A stretch of DNA of 63,267 bases, counting the filler, from Thraustochytrium aureum (lineage: Eukaryota): the NCBI GenBank assembly GCA_012862495.1. It is 5 parts of 2 records of this genome, joined end to end, with 100 filler letters (N's around TTAATTAATTAA, not from the genome) between each part and the next. Parts side by side here need not be neighbours in the genome. Positions count along the whole stretch, not along the records: positions 45,065 to 59,309 come from BLSG01000058.1; positions 59,410 to 61,739 come from BLSG01000061.1; 3 more parts are not named here. The stretch is one strand, 5' to 3'. The notes beneath the pieces were generated by a model that saw only the letters and a list, made by a program, of their open reading frames with translations, was not told where the DNA came from and made no database searches. The position numbers were made by a program, and so were the translations under genes. Positions 49,892 to 61,024 of the stretch are shown in pieces (the first letter of the stretch is position 1; the number at the start of each line of letters is the position of its first letter).

Positions 49892-52240
49892 CTAGGAGGA
49901 AATCATCTGCCACGAAGGCGCAAGACGATCAAAAAACAGGCAATACCACCCCCACTCGATGCTCATCACAGCCTCCGTGTTGGTCGTTCCACGGAGCGCT
50001 GGGATGACTCTGTCATAGAGAACTGTCCTGTGAACGCTAAGCATGCGACGCAGTGCTGCGTCGGTAGCAAGAAACCCACCGATGTCAAGACTCACTTTGC
50101 AGCGCGGAATGGTGGGCAGAGCCCAGAAAGGGTTTGCGCGCCCCGCAAGAGGCGCCTCCCACAACGCGATGCCGCTGCTCGCTACGGGAAGCACATGCAA
50201 GATGTTCAAACTGGCAGCTGGTGGGGCATTCCCAAACTCGCTCCTTACCGCGTGGAAGGCGCCTCGAAGCTCAGCCAACCCAATCCTGCTAGACGGTGAC
50301 AGCGTGATCCGGTCGGCACTGGCCAGGTCTCGAATGTCTGTTGTATACACTTTGCGATGGGACGCCCTCGACAGGTCTTGATTGGCGAGCGCCTGAAGCT
50401 GAAGCCGAAGCATTCTCCCCGCAGACGGCCCCAACTCCTCCGCACGGCGAGCATCCAGAAACAAGTTGGCGTCGCCAAACGCAAACGACGACTGACGCAG
50501 GTGCTCAATCCACACAAGCGCTAGCGGGCCCTCGTCAATGTTGCGCAGGATGGTTTCAGGCTGGGCACTTCCGATGCGGCACATGGACGCTGCGAGGGGA
50601 CCGTGAACCATAGCCAGCAAGGACTTGTCCTCCTTGCGATCCATGTTGTAGATGAAGATCTTGACTTGCGGAGACGGGCAAGTCGCTGCTGCGTTGACGA
50701 GCTCGACGCAAAGGGAGCGGAGCATATCCCGCCAGTGATTCAACGTGACAAACGTCTTCTCTTGCTGGATGGCCAATACGAGGTGAATCACTGTGGAGTC
50801 CTGCGGGGGTAAGCGGGCGCGGCCCTCTGCAAGCGCTTCCTCCAGGTTGGTTGGCCCTTCGAGGCGTTTGTAGAGCTGGATGGCGTTGTGAACGGCGTCG
50901 TCCATGTTGAAATACTTGTAGTTGGCGAGCCGGCCGACAAAGTAGACGCTGTTTTCGCTTTCTTCCACCTCAGCAAGTGCGCGGTACCTTTCAAAGTGGC
51001 GCTGGTTCTCTGGAGTTGGAAACGGGTAGTAGGGCTCCTGCCCTTTGACAATGTCCGTCGAGTATTCGCGGACCAGGACAGTCTGCTGCGAGTTCTGGTG
51101 GTACGTGTGCTTGTACTCCACGGACCGGGTGTAGGCTCCGTCCTGGAACTGCGGGAAGTTGACAACGAAGGAGGGCTGGTGGACCAAAGGCTGGTCATTG
51201 ACGACGGTCTCGAAACGGATCGACCGGTACTGCAGCGGCTCGAGATTGACGCCCTTGTGCAAGAAGAATTGATCGATCTGCCCCGTGAAAAACGTCTTTT
51301 CAAACTTGAAGTCCCCGAGCGCTCCGGACTTGAGCACCTCAAAGTAGTCTGTCGAGGTGAACACGCGGATGTTGGGATGGTCCAGAGCTTCTCGGAACCA
51401 AGCTGTGTAACCTTCGGCCGGCAGACCCTGGAACGAGTCGTTCGGGAAGTAGCGATCGTCCCAGTCTTCCCGAACCGGAATGCGAGAGAGGACCTCTGGG
51501 CCGAGCTCGTTGGGGAATACATTCCACTGCTTTTTCGTGTACTCGCGAAAGAGCTTTTCAAATAGGCGCTTGCCGACGCGGCCGACCCCCACCTCCTCAC
51601 TGTTTTGCGGAGACCGCCCCCAAGGATTGGCCCTGCCGTGTTTGGTGCTCTGCCTTATCTCGTTCTTTAGCCAGGCCGCCATTTCTTCTGTGCTGTGAAT
51701 GTCCTCCCCCAACAGGCTGTTTACCGTATCGATATTCACAGGGATGGGAACTAGCTTGCCGTCTACGCGGCCGATCACGCGGTGCTCGTAGGCGGTCCAA
51801 TTAGAAAAGCGGTGCATGTATTCCCACACGTCCTCCTTGCTTGTGTGGAATAGGTGGGCCCCATACATGTTGACCAAGATCTTTGTGCGCGTCTCGTGGA
51901 AGTCATAGCAGTTTCCCCCAATATGGGGCCGACGCTCGAGGACTAGCACGCGCTTGTTATGCTTGCGCGCGTACAAATCAGCCAAAACCGTGCCCGAGAG
52001 GCCTGCGCCCACAATGAGCACGTCGAAGTGCCCAAGCTGGCCCCGCACGCCCCAGACGTGCGGGAAGTGCTCGCTCACCATATCGACCCGGTTTACCATC
52101 TCCTGCTCCGCATCGTGCGCATTCCTGACAAGGAGTGCCTCCTCTACGGGTTTAGCCGGGTCGAGATTGCCACCGAATTGCACTTTGCGCAGCAACCCAC
52201 TCACCACCCATTCGCCCTTGCTCGATCGCAGGGCGAAAGA
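49892..52240 (-). CDS. glf: Bacterial-type UDP-galactopyranose mutase (Glf) with N-terminal extension (in gap) and C-terminal DUF3431-like domain
   Basis: FAD motif DVLIVGAGLSG, ERRPHIGGNCYD, YGAHLFHT, YEHRV, YTKKQW, RIPVR...RYF...FQGLP..GYT, LQYRSIRFE, YTRSVEYKH, EPYYP, FVGRLANYKYFNMD. About 300 extra C-terminal residues follow. Confidence 0.92.
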   Translation of the reverse strand, partial: SFALRSSKGEWVVSGLLRKVQFGGNLDPAKPVEEALLVRNAHDAEQEMVNRVDMVSEHFPHVWGVRGQLGHFDVLIVGAGLSGTVLADLYARKHNKRVLVLERRPHIGGNCYDFHETRTKILVNMYGAHLFHTSKEDVWEYMHRFSNWTAYEHRVIGRVDGKLVPIPVNIDTVNSLLGEDIHSTEEMAAWLKNEIRQSTKHGRANPWGRSPQNSEEVGVGRVGKRLFEKLFREYTKKQWNVFPNELGPEVLSRIPVREDWDDRYFPNDSFQGLPAEGYTAWFREALDHPNIRVFTSTDYFEVLKSGALGDFKFEKTFFTGQIDQFFLHKGVNLEPLQYRSIRFETVVNDQPLVHQPSFVVNFPQFQDGAYTRSVEYKHTYHQNSQQTVLVREYSTDIVKGQEPYYPFPTPENQRHFERYRALAEVEESENSVYFVGRLANYKYFNMDDAVHNAIQLYKRLEGPTNLEEALAEGRARLPPQDSTVIHLVLAIQQEKTFVTLNHWRDMLRSLCVELVNAAATCPSPQVKIFIYNMDRKEDKSLLAMVHGPLAASMCRIGSAQPETILRNIDEGPLALVWIEHLRQSSFAFGDANLFLDARRAEELGPSAGRMLRLQLQALANQDLSRASHRKVYTTDIRDLASADRITLSPSSRIGLAELRGAFHAVRSEFGNAPPAASLNILHVLPVASSGIALWEAPLAGRANPFWALPTIPRCKVSLDIGGFLATDAALRRMLSVHRTVLYDRVIPALRGTTNTEAVMSIEWGWYCLFFDRLAPSWQMISS

Positions 52241-52911
52241 NNNNNNNNNNNNNNNNNNNNNNNNNNNNNNNNNNNNNNNNNNNNNNNNNNNNNNNNNNNN
52301 NNNNNNNNNNNNNNNNNNNNNNNNNNNNNNNNNNNNNNNNNNNNNNNNNNNNNNNNNNNNNNNNNNNNNNNNNNNNNNNNNNNNNNNNNNNNNNNNNNNN
52401 NNNNNNNNNNNNNNNNNNNNNNNNNNNNNNNNNNNNNNNNNNNNNNNNNNNNNNNNNNNNNNNNNNNNNNNNNNNNNNNNNNNNNNNNNNNNNNNNNNNN
52501 NNNNNNNNNNNNNNNNNNNNNNNNNNNNNNNNNNNNNNNNNNNNNNNNNNNNNNNNNNNNNNNNNNNNNNNNNNNNNNNNNNNNNNNNNNNNNNNNNNNN
52601 NNNNNNNNNNNNNNNNNNNNNNNNNNNNNNNNNNNNNNNNNNNNNNNNNNNNNNNNNNNNNNNNNNNNNNNNNNNNNNNNNNNNNNNNNNNNNNNNNNNN
52701 NNNNNNNNNNNNNNNNNNNNNNNNNNNNNNNNNNNNNNNNNNNNNNNNNNNNNNNNNNNNNNNNNNNNNNNNNNNNNNNNNNNNNNNNNNNNNNNNNNNN
52801 NNNNNNNNNNNNNNNNNNNNNNNNNNNNNNNNNNNNNNNNNNNNNNNNNNNNNNNNNNNNNNNNNNNNNNNNNNNNNNNNNNNNNNNNNNNNNNNNNNNN
52901 NNNNNNNNNNN

Positions 52912-53193
52912 GCATTGCTTCGGGCCCACGTTGGCGAGCACGCGGGATAGCGTTGACCCGTTTCTTCTGTCTGAGGTCGCGCACGTCCCTCTTGCCGCAT
53001 TTCGACGTTGTGGAGGGTTTTGCTCTGTTTTAGTGTAACTCGCACCAGGGAGGCTTGCTCGCACGTCGAGGCGACGTGTTGTGAGATACCTGTCGTCGAA
53101 CTTTGCAGAGACGAAGGGGGCCACGTTGCCGGGATCGCGAGCGCGGATCTCATCGTCTTGGATGTAATCAGGTCGCGTTTTCAAGTAAGACAT
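52912..53193 (-). CDS. Coding fragment MSYLKTRPDYIQ...; possibly the 5' end of the glf gene
   Basis: ATG at 53193, open into the gap on the same strand, directly upstream of the glf ORF. Confidence 0.35.
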
Positions 53194-56100
53194 AGCTGGG
53201 TGAGCTGAGCCGGGCTGAGCTCGCTGGCGCCGGCGCCAGCCAGCTCTGTCGTTATCCTGTCGTATTATAATGCGACGGACATGTGCTGCGCGTCCAGCCA
53301 AAACTTTAGTCCGCACTGATCGGGACGCTGCGCGTTGCCGATAGACTTTGTAGACCTTCAACCGTACGGCTTGACCGAAAACAGTGAATGGCGGGACTGT
53401 CTCGCTCCGCTCAATCAGCCAACATCGCTGCTCCCACAAACGTGTTTTACCCACACGGTATAAAGTACCCATCTGCTGCACCCCGCGACGTGGCGCGAGC
53501 CACCCGTTTGACCAGATGGCAACGAAACGGGTTGAACAAGAGCAGACTGCGGTGCATTCACGCAGAAGCAGAGTTGATCACGGCTAAGTAACCACAGCGG
53601 CGACGAAATTCGATGACCCAACCCGGTCCGATGCATGGCCGAGTCTTCAATGTGGAAAGTTGGCGCCATATGCGGCATTGGCACGAAACATGCGTGACGA
53701 AGTCATCAGCCAGGAACCACTTGCGGGTCATAGAAGGTGGCCACTTCAGCGCGATTTGTGGTCAGGGAATTAGCACCCAAATTAGCAGCCAGAGGCTTCG
53801 ATCTCGACAGAAGCAAGGTCTTGCCGTCAAGCACCAGTTTACTGAACGAAGTAGCACCTTGTGTGGGGCCTCCCGAAACTGACATGCAGCCAACGCCACT
53901 CGTTGCGATCGTGAGGAAGAGCCTCCACCAGGTCGCGTTCACCTTGTCGCTGGTGCGCTGTTTGAGCATGGCGCTTGATCTTGCAGAGCTTCTTAGCGCC
54001 CACACGCTTGGAGCCTTCTGGTTCGAGGTCGGGCATGGTGCACCAGAGCAGCAAGCCCGCGTTGCTCAAAGAGAAATGCATCCTGAATTTGTCCTCTGTG
54101 GGAGAGCTCGCTCACCATGACGATTCCTTCGCTCGCGAGCGTGCTCTCGATTTCCATGTCGCTGCGCCACTCGGCGATTGTCACGGCGCCGACCAGGTGA
54201 TCTGCGCTGCTGCGGAGGTGGTCGGAGACGAAGTACGTTGGCAACCACCATGTCGTGTGAACCCGTCGTACAGTCGCTGCGTGGGAAGGACGAGATGGTT
54301 GGTGGGGTGGCTGTTGCCGCCTTGGTGCATAGGGCAGAGGGGGTGCGGCATGCGCTGGACCAGAATTGAGCAACAGACACTATGCAAGATCGCTATGGCA
54401 CAATGCAAGATCACAATGGCTGATTGCCACTATNNNNNNNNNNNNNNNNNNNNNNNNNNNNNNNNNNNNNNNNNNNNNNNNNNNNNNNNNNNNNNNNNNN
54501 NNNNNNNNNNNNNNNNNNNNNNNNNNNNNNNNNNNNNNNNNNNNNNNNNNNNNNNCGTTGCGGCGTACAAAGGGGTCAACGGGCCCATTTGAGACAAACT
54601 TTCACGAGTGCCCGGTTGGGGCGCGACACGAACGATCCGTGTCGGCAGGCGCACGATTTGCGGGGGCGCCCGACATGTGCCCGCCCGCCATGTGCCCGCC
54701 CGCCCGCAGCGAAAGCTACCTGTGGTGTAGTTTCTCAGCCCTGCCGAAGGTAATGTACCCAACTGCCAGTTAAACAAGTGCGAGTCCTTTGGTACGGAAA
54801 AGACTCGAGGTTGCGGGACTCTAGAGGCTGCCTGCTTTGGCATCCTGAAACGGGGGCCTTTCTTGCGCTCGTCAGATACCGCGTGTTAAAGTTCGCAACA
54901 CCCGAGGGAACCAGAATCACACCAATAATGTCCCGAAACTCCTTGTGGTTGGCAGGTGCGGCACAACAGAGGACACACTGCCAAAGGCTATGCAGCAGGG
55001 CAAATCGCTGCGCCCTTACACTGCACGCTGGAGAGGACCTAGCTCTGCGACGAAGCAAAGGTGCCCTGCAGTGCTTGTACTTGGCCAAACAATGGACAGG
55101 ATGGCCACGTGCATGTGGCGCCTGTGGTCATGACGTCCAATTGTGTTTTTTTTGCATCCAACCCAATCTCCTGAACAATCTTCTGAACAGGAAACGTCGC
55201 GGTCAAGGTGGCTCGCAGTCGGGCGAAACTGGTAGGGAAATCCTGCAGATTGATTGTCGAATCCATGGCATGTCGTTGTCGTGCTACCGAGGCTAGAGAA
55301 GGAGTTTTTTTTGGGCTATGCAGCGCCATCAGGGGCCTCTCACTGCGCCGTGGATTCAGCCTGCGAGATCTGTCGTGGTCAAGGGGGTTGTCGTTCCAGA
55401 AGGGTATGGTAGGCAAAGTGGTGCGGCCGGCGAAGGAGGGCACTGGTACTCACTCGAGAGTCGCTGCTCAGCCAAGGCAGACCCGTACATGCAATGCCGA
55501 CAGCCAAATGCTGACGGCCAAATCCGTCGGCTCCACCAACCGGGCGAGTCACGTGTGCAGCGCAGCGTGCCCTTGTAAACAAACTTGCAAGACCGCAATG
55601 CGGAGGGCACCGCAGAAACCCCCATTGAGTTCACGCAGCAAATCAGGCTCCACTCTGCATCTCGGGAATTCTGCCCTTACATATTCCGAGTGGAGCGCGC
55701 CCCATCTCGAACGTTTTTCAACAAGCTTTTTTCCCCACGCTTACGCCCAGCCGGGTCGAGCGCTTCTCTCGCAGCTGCCCTCCTCGGCGGTGCAGAGGCG
55801 GTCGACGGACATCCTCGGAGCCGGACGCGCTGCAGCTCTGCTGCCCTCTCAGGCTCCCTTCGCGCGCTCGAAGTTACCTACTCTAGTTGAGTGGCGGGCG
55901 CGGCCTTCAAAGTTCAAACTTTGGGGCACCTCTACCTTGCACTGATACAAACGCCTGTGAGGGAGGTCATGCAGAGACAAAAGCAGAAATGCCTCCTCTC
56001 GGAGTCCTCCAGCCGCAGAGCCACAACGCTGATCGCGGCTGCGGGACAGCGCGCTGCGGCGTCCAGGCCCTGGCACGGGAGCGCGGGCGGATCGGAGCGA

Positions 56101-56240
56101 GCGGCTGGGCGGAGGGCCTGCTCCGGCCGGTGCGCGGACCTGCGGCTTGAGTCCGGCCGCCCGGCGCTGCTCGGCAAGGTCGGCGGCCTGCTCGTCAGGC
56201 AGCAGCGGTCTGGCTGGCACGGCGCAGCTCCTGCGGAAGA

Positions 56241-58023
56241 ATGGACAGGGCTCAACAACCTGGGAGTCTACGCAACGGGGACATGGGCGCGTCCGCGGAC
56301 CAGGTGGATCCGGCGCAGCAAAGGACGGCGGACACGAGCGTGGTTCACAACGCCTCTTCGAACGAGCAAGACGAGCTGCGGCAGGAGCAAAGCCAGGCCA
56401 ACAGGCTCGGACATGCGCTAGCGCAAGCCTCCGACCCTGCGGAGTCGGCGAGCTCGAGCGCCGGTGAGCCAGTGAAGAGGAAGAAGAAGAAGAAGAAGCG
56501 GGAGGAAAAGCTTATCTATGGCTGCGATGCGTGCCACAAACAGCCGCTTCACGATTTTCGGTTTCACTGCACGATTTGCAAAGACTTTGACCTGTGCATG
56601 GATTGCTTCTCCTCCCCAAAGCCCCAACACACACCAAGCCACCTGTACTGCATGAAACAGATCGCCATCGAGGACGAGGACCCGAGCAAGACGACGACCA
56701 AAAAGAAGAAAAAGAGGCGGACCGAAGGTTTCGTGGTCAACGACGAAAGTCCAGTCCAATTGGCTGGCGCTGCGCAAGACTTCACCACAGCGCCCCCAGG
56801 GGTCACCTCGCCAGCGGTTTCCGTCGTGGGTCCACCCGTTAGTGGTTTTGGGCGTGCAGAGAACGTCGCAGCGACCACGGATGGCGGCTTGTCGCAGCGC
56901 GAGTCCGCGGCTGCTCGCGACAAACCCCCCTTTGGGCATGACGTGGATTCCGTGTCGCTGCCGCTCCTGGAGCGAAGTTCTGCCGGATTCGCTGGCATGG
57001 CCATGGAAAAAATGATCAGCACGCTGCGCAAGTGCGGCGTCGCCGAGGTCCCGCCCGTGAAACTGAGCACCCGAACTGCGAGCGACTTTAACGCCTTTTT
57101 CCAGGTCGGCTGGGATGCATTCAACCGCTCTGACCCAGAGAACTACACTCAAGACACCGAGGAGCTGAGCTCGCTCGCTGCGCAGGTCATAGCGCTCAAC
57201 GCTCAAGTCTTCGCCAAGCTTGGCCCCGGGAAAGTGGAGGAGGCGCGCTCGACGTCTTTCGTTGACATGGATGTCGTTTGCGGCGTCCTGAAACTCGATC
57301 GTTGACCAGTTCATGGCCCTGGACGAACACCGTTGGTTCTGCTACCCAGTTGCCAACAGCGAGCCAGACTACCACCGGATCATCCGTCGCCCAATGGACC
57401 TCAGCACTGTGCGCAAGACGGTGCTCAGTGCAATCAGTAGTGTTGACCTCGCTCCGGAGAAGCTTTACGAGATTGTAACGCTCGACCTGTTCCAGATATG
57501 GCAGAACGCGGTCCATTTCAACCCCATTACGCACCCAGTGCATCGCTCGGCGTTGGACTTTGCTCGGGTTTGCAGCGACGTGCTCCAGGTCACTTCCGAT
57601 AGGCTCGAGCTCGGCTTCCATTCGGTCTGCTTTGCCTTTGAGCAGAAGATGCGGCCCATCATTGAGGCGTCTGGGGCTGCGTCGCAGGTGGCGATGGAGA
57701 GGGTCGGAATTCTAGTCCCAGCAGCTGTCTCTCTCCCGCATCCCAGGCCGCCGGCTGATTCTCGCGGCGTCGTGTTCAAGCGCCGTGTCCCAGCCTCCGC
57801 AGTGGCTTCCAAGTCAGCTCTCCCGAAGCCAAAAGAGGTCGTCCATTTGGATGCCGGGGAGGTGGACATGCCCAAGTCGGCGCAGGAGATGCGGCTTGAG
57901 ATCCTGCGCCTTCGAGAGCAGGTCAAGAGCGCAAACTCCAAGGTCGACAGGCTGATTGGGTTGGTCCAGAGCGGCCTCAAGGGCATACACCAGAACCTGG
58001 CCGGCCTCGCAAACCAGAATTAG
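56241..58023 (+). CDS. ZZ-type zinc finger + bromodomain nuclear protein; frameshift at ~57297
   Basis: ZZ YGCDACHKQP...RFHCTICKDFDLCMDCF...H...H, flanked by poly-Lys NLS-like runs. Bromodomain WFCYPV...PDYHRIIRRPMDLSTVR...DLFQIWQNAVHFN in the next frame. C-terminal coiled coil. Confidence 0.85.
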
Positions 58024-58698
58024 CGAGATAGAATCATTCGCTTCGTACCTCCTGCGGTCGGACTCGCACCCGTCGGGACAAGTTTTGGGCGCGCAGCCGT
58101 TAGCAAGTTGATGTCTCGAGAGCGAACTGCGACTCGTTTTCTTTTGGCGCATCCGCTCTGAATCTGATTCCGCAGGGGGCAGGTCTACAGGTAGGTAGGT
58201 ACCTACGTACTCAATAGAGTACTTCGAACGTTGGCCCGATGCCCTCCCCAGCCAGTCAGTCACAGGACGCTGTTTCCATCTGCCCAAGATGCCTTTGTTG
58301 TTGACTCCCTCCATGCAACGCACGCGCCACATTCGCACAGCGCGGCTGGCCGGCCTCCTCCTTGTGATGGATGATGGGGCGGACCTCCTCCTCATTCCAC
58401 AGTTTTGCTTGCCAGCGACTTGCCAGCGTCCCTTCTTCCTCATCATCAACGGCGGCGGGACGATCGTTGAGATTCCAACATGTTGCAGCAGACGGCGAAC
58501 GAAGGCGGGCGGGCAGGCAGGCAGGCAGGCAGGCAGGCAGAGCGAAGGGTAAGCGGAGGGCGAGCGACGCGAGGCGCGTGGGGCGAGGCGAGGCTGGGGT
58601 AGGGTTGGAGGGAAGGAAGGAAGGAAGGAAGGAGTTCCGCAGCGCAAGTGTTGCGAAGGAACCGTCGCGGTGGAGACGGTCTCAAAGGAATCAAAGAC

Positions 58699-59309
58699 AT
58701 GTCGCGACACGTGAAACGTGTAGCGTCATGCCGTATCTGGGCGGTTGCGACAGTCGTTGTGATGTTGCTCACGCTCTGTGCGCAGTCGCGCACGGACAAC
58801 GGGTTTGCAACAACCGCAAATGCGCGCGCTCTGCTCAACTCGACCCAGGACAAAATGGACCAATCGGCGTTGCATTGCCCATTCAAGCGAGACGACCCCG
58901 GTTCGCCGTGCAACGCAGGTGAATGCGCTGTGGAGCCAGAGTCTCAGGCCTGCAAGGCCCGCGTGACAGAGTACTGCAACGGTGAAGGAAACCTAGACAC
59001 CGCTTGCCGTCTCATCACAAAGGAGCCGTCCGAAGCGCCATCCGCGGGATGTCCGTTCTCGTACAGCAATCCTGCGTCTCCGTGCCATCACGAGGACTGC
59101 ATCAGTACTCCGGAAACGTTCGAATGCAAGCAGGCCGTTTCCCAGTACTGTGCTATCGAAGGTCACAAGGATGGAGCCTGCGTGGGGTTTATGGCCGAGA
59201 GCCCCACGCCTCCACCGGTTTCAGACAATGGCGACAAATGCCCCTTCCGCAGTGACTCCGAAGACACCCCATGCTCCTCATCGGCCTGCCGGGAGGATAT
59301 CTACTCGTA
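58699..59309 (+). CDS. Signal/anchor-bearing protein with tandem 6-Cys repeats; truncated at spacer
   Basis: Hydrophobic IWAVATVVVMLLTLCA. Repeat CPF-x5-(G/A)SPC-x4-C-x3-PE-x3-CK-x2-V-x2-YC-x2-EG-x2-D-x-AC occurs twice, plus the start of a third. Confidence 0.75.
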
Positions 59310-59409
59310 NNNNNNNNNNNNNNNNNNNNNNNNNNNNNNNNNNNNNNNNNNNNTTAATTAATTAANNNNNNNNNNNNNNNNNNNNNNNNNNNNNNNNNNN
59401 NNNNNNNNN
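59310..59409. other. Artificial contig spacer N44-TTAATTAATTAA-N44
   Basis: Linker at 59354-59365. Confidence 0.95.
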
Positions 59410-60147
59410 GATCGCGAGCTCGACGGCCGAGCAAGTCGAGACGTCGTGGAGGGACGTGTACCTGACGCAGCCCGGGCTGTCCAAGCTGCGCTGGTTTAGC
59501 GTTTTGGGCAACCACGACTGGCTGGGCCGCCCAGAGGCTCAGCTCGAGTTGAGCGAAACCACGCCCCAATGGGTGATGCCGAAGAGGTACTATGCACAGA
59601 CGTTTTCCAGCGCGGGGGGCAACGCGAGCGCGCACATTGTTTTCCTCGACACTACGCCAACGATCGGCTCGTACGTCGCGCAGGAGGCTGTTCAGGCGTT
59701 TTGGCAATCGAGTGGGACTACTGCAGCCCAATACCTCGCCGAGCAGGCAGCGTTTTGCGCAGCGAGTTTAAAGGGTCAAACGCGACGTGGCGGCTCGTCG
59801 TGGCGCACCACCCGGTGTATACCTCGTCCGAGCACTACAAGGAGGACCACACCACGTTGCGGGAAGGCCTGCGGCCCGCGCTGGACGAGGCTGGCGTGCA
59901 CATGTACTTTAACGGGCACGACCACGGGCTCGAGCTCCACAGTCCGCAGGGCGCCGCGACGCAGTTCGTCTTGTCGGGGGCGGGCTCGCAGGTGCGCCCT
60001 GGCATGATCACGCGCGACACTGGGTTTGCGTTCCACTTTGGCTCGCAGGGCGGGTTTGTCTCTGCCTCGATGAACCAGACGGAGCTGCGTGCGCAGTTCC
60101 TGGACTTTGAGGGCAACCTGCTGTACGAGACGATTGTTTCGCAGTGA
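59410..60147 (+). CDS. Purple acid phosphatase (ACP5/TRAP-like metallophosphoesterase), C-terminal part; frameshift ~59760
   Basis: WFSVLGNHDW, WVMPKRYY, VFLDT, then in the next frame WRLVVAHHPVY, YFNGHDH, FVLSGAGS, GGF. Confidence 0.88.
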
Positions 60148-60613
60148 ATGGAATGTCCTCGAGGCTTGCAAACCGTTCCGTTCACAAGCAGCGCCGTGTA
60201 GATAGAGGAGCATACCTCTCTACTGAAGAGCTACTCGAGTAGTAGTGGAGTGAGGGAGGGTAGAGGCAGGTCGCGGCAAGATTTCTGCACGTTGGTTTGC
60301 GCTCCTGCTCGTGGCGCCGTCCTGGCTTGGGCAGCTTGCAAGCCTGCACTCGGACGCGGTGCTGCCCTCTCTTGCTGGGGTGGGTTCGCTCCAGCCTCCA
60401 AGTCATCTTTGGGTTTTGCTCCATGTTACGTAGATACTCAGTCCGCGGCGCCAGCCCGCCCCGGTGGCCCCTCCTCTGAGGTTGCGGCGCCAACGAGGCT
60501 GTTGCAACTCCCCCTAGAGACGAGGGCGCGACGGCGCGACCCCGCGCGCTGTGCCCCGGGCAGGTGCTCGTGGCCCCGGGCGGGTCCTTGCGCTTGTGGT
60601 GGACCCTTGCGCG

Positions 60614-60993
60614 TTAAGAGATCATGGCCAGATTGCCCTGCTGCACCCGAGCAGCGAACATGGCGCTTTCGAGATCCCTCTTGTTGGTCTTGCTCTGACT
60701 AGCTGGCGAGGCTTTGGACTCTGTCACGGAGGAGCCTGTTGTCGTGGGCTCGGCGTCCTCGCGCGACGGCGGCACCGGTCCGGAACGACCATTCCCCGCT
60801 TCCTCGCTTGCGGGCTTCTTGCCAGCAGAGCCTACCGCATCGCCGAGCGGGGGTGCGCCTTGGTCGTCGTCTTCGCGCGTTTCGTGCACCTCGGACGCGT
60901 CGTCGGCGGCGCCGTCGTGCTCGGGGCCTCAACGAGATTCTGCTCCCGCTGCACATCGCGAGGCAGCCCCGACTGCTGGCGCCGCCGCTCCTG

Positions 60994-61024
<31 letters not shown>

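Noticed and set aside
45813..58023. Frameshifts as programmed ribosomal frameshifting or pseudogenes
   Set aside because: They occur in many unrelated genes with intact motifs, no accumulated in-frame stops and no consistent slippery site; draft sequencing indels are more parsimonious.
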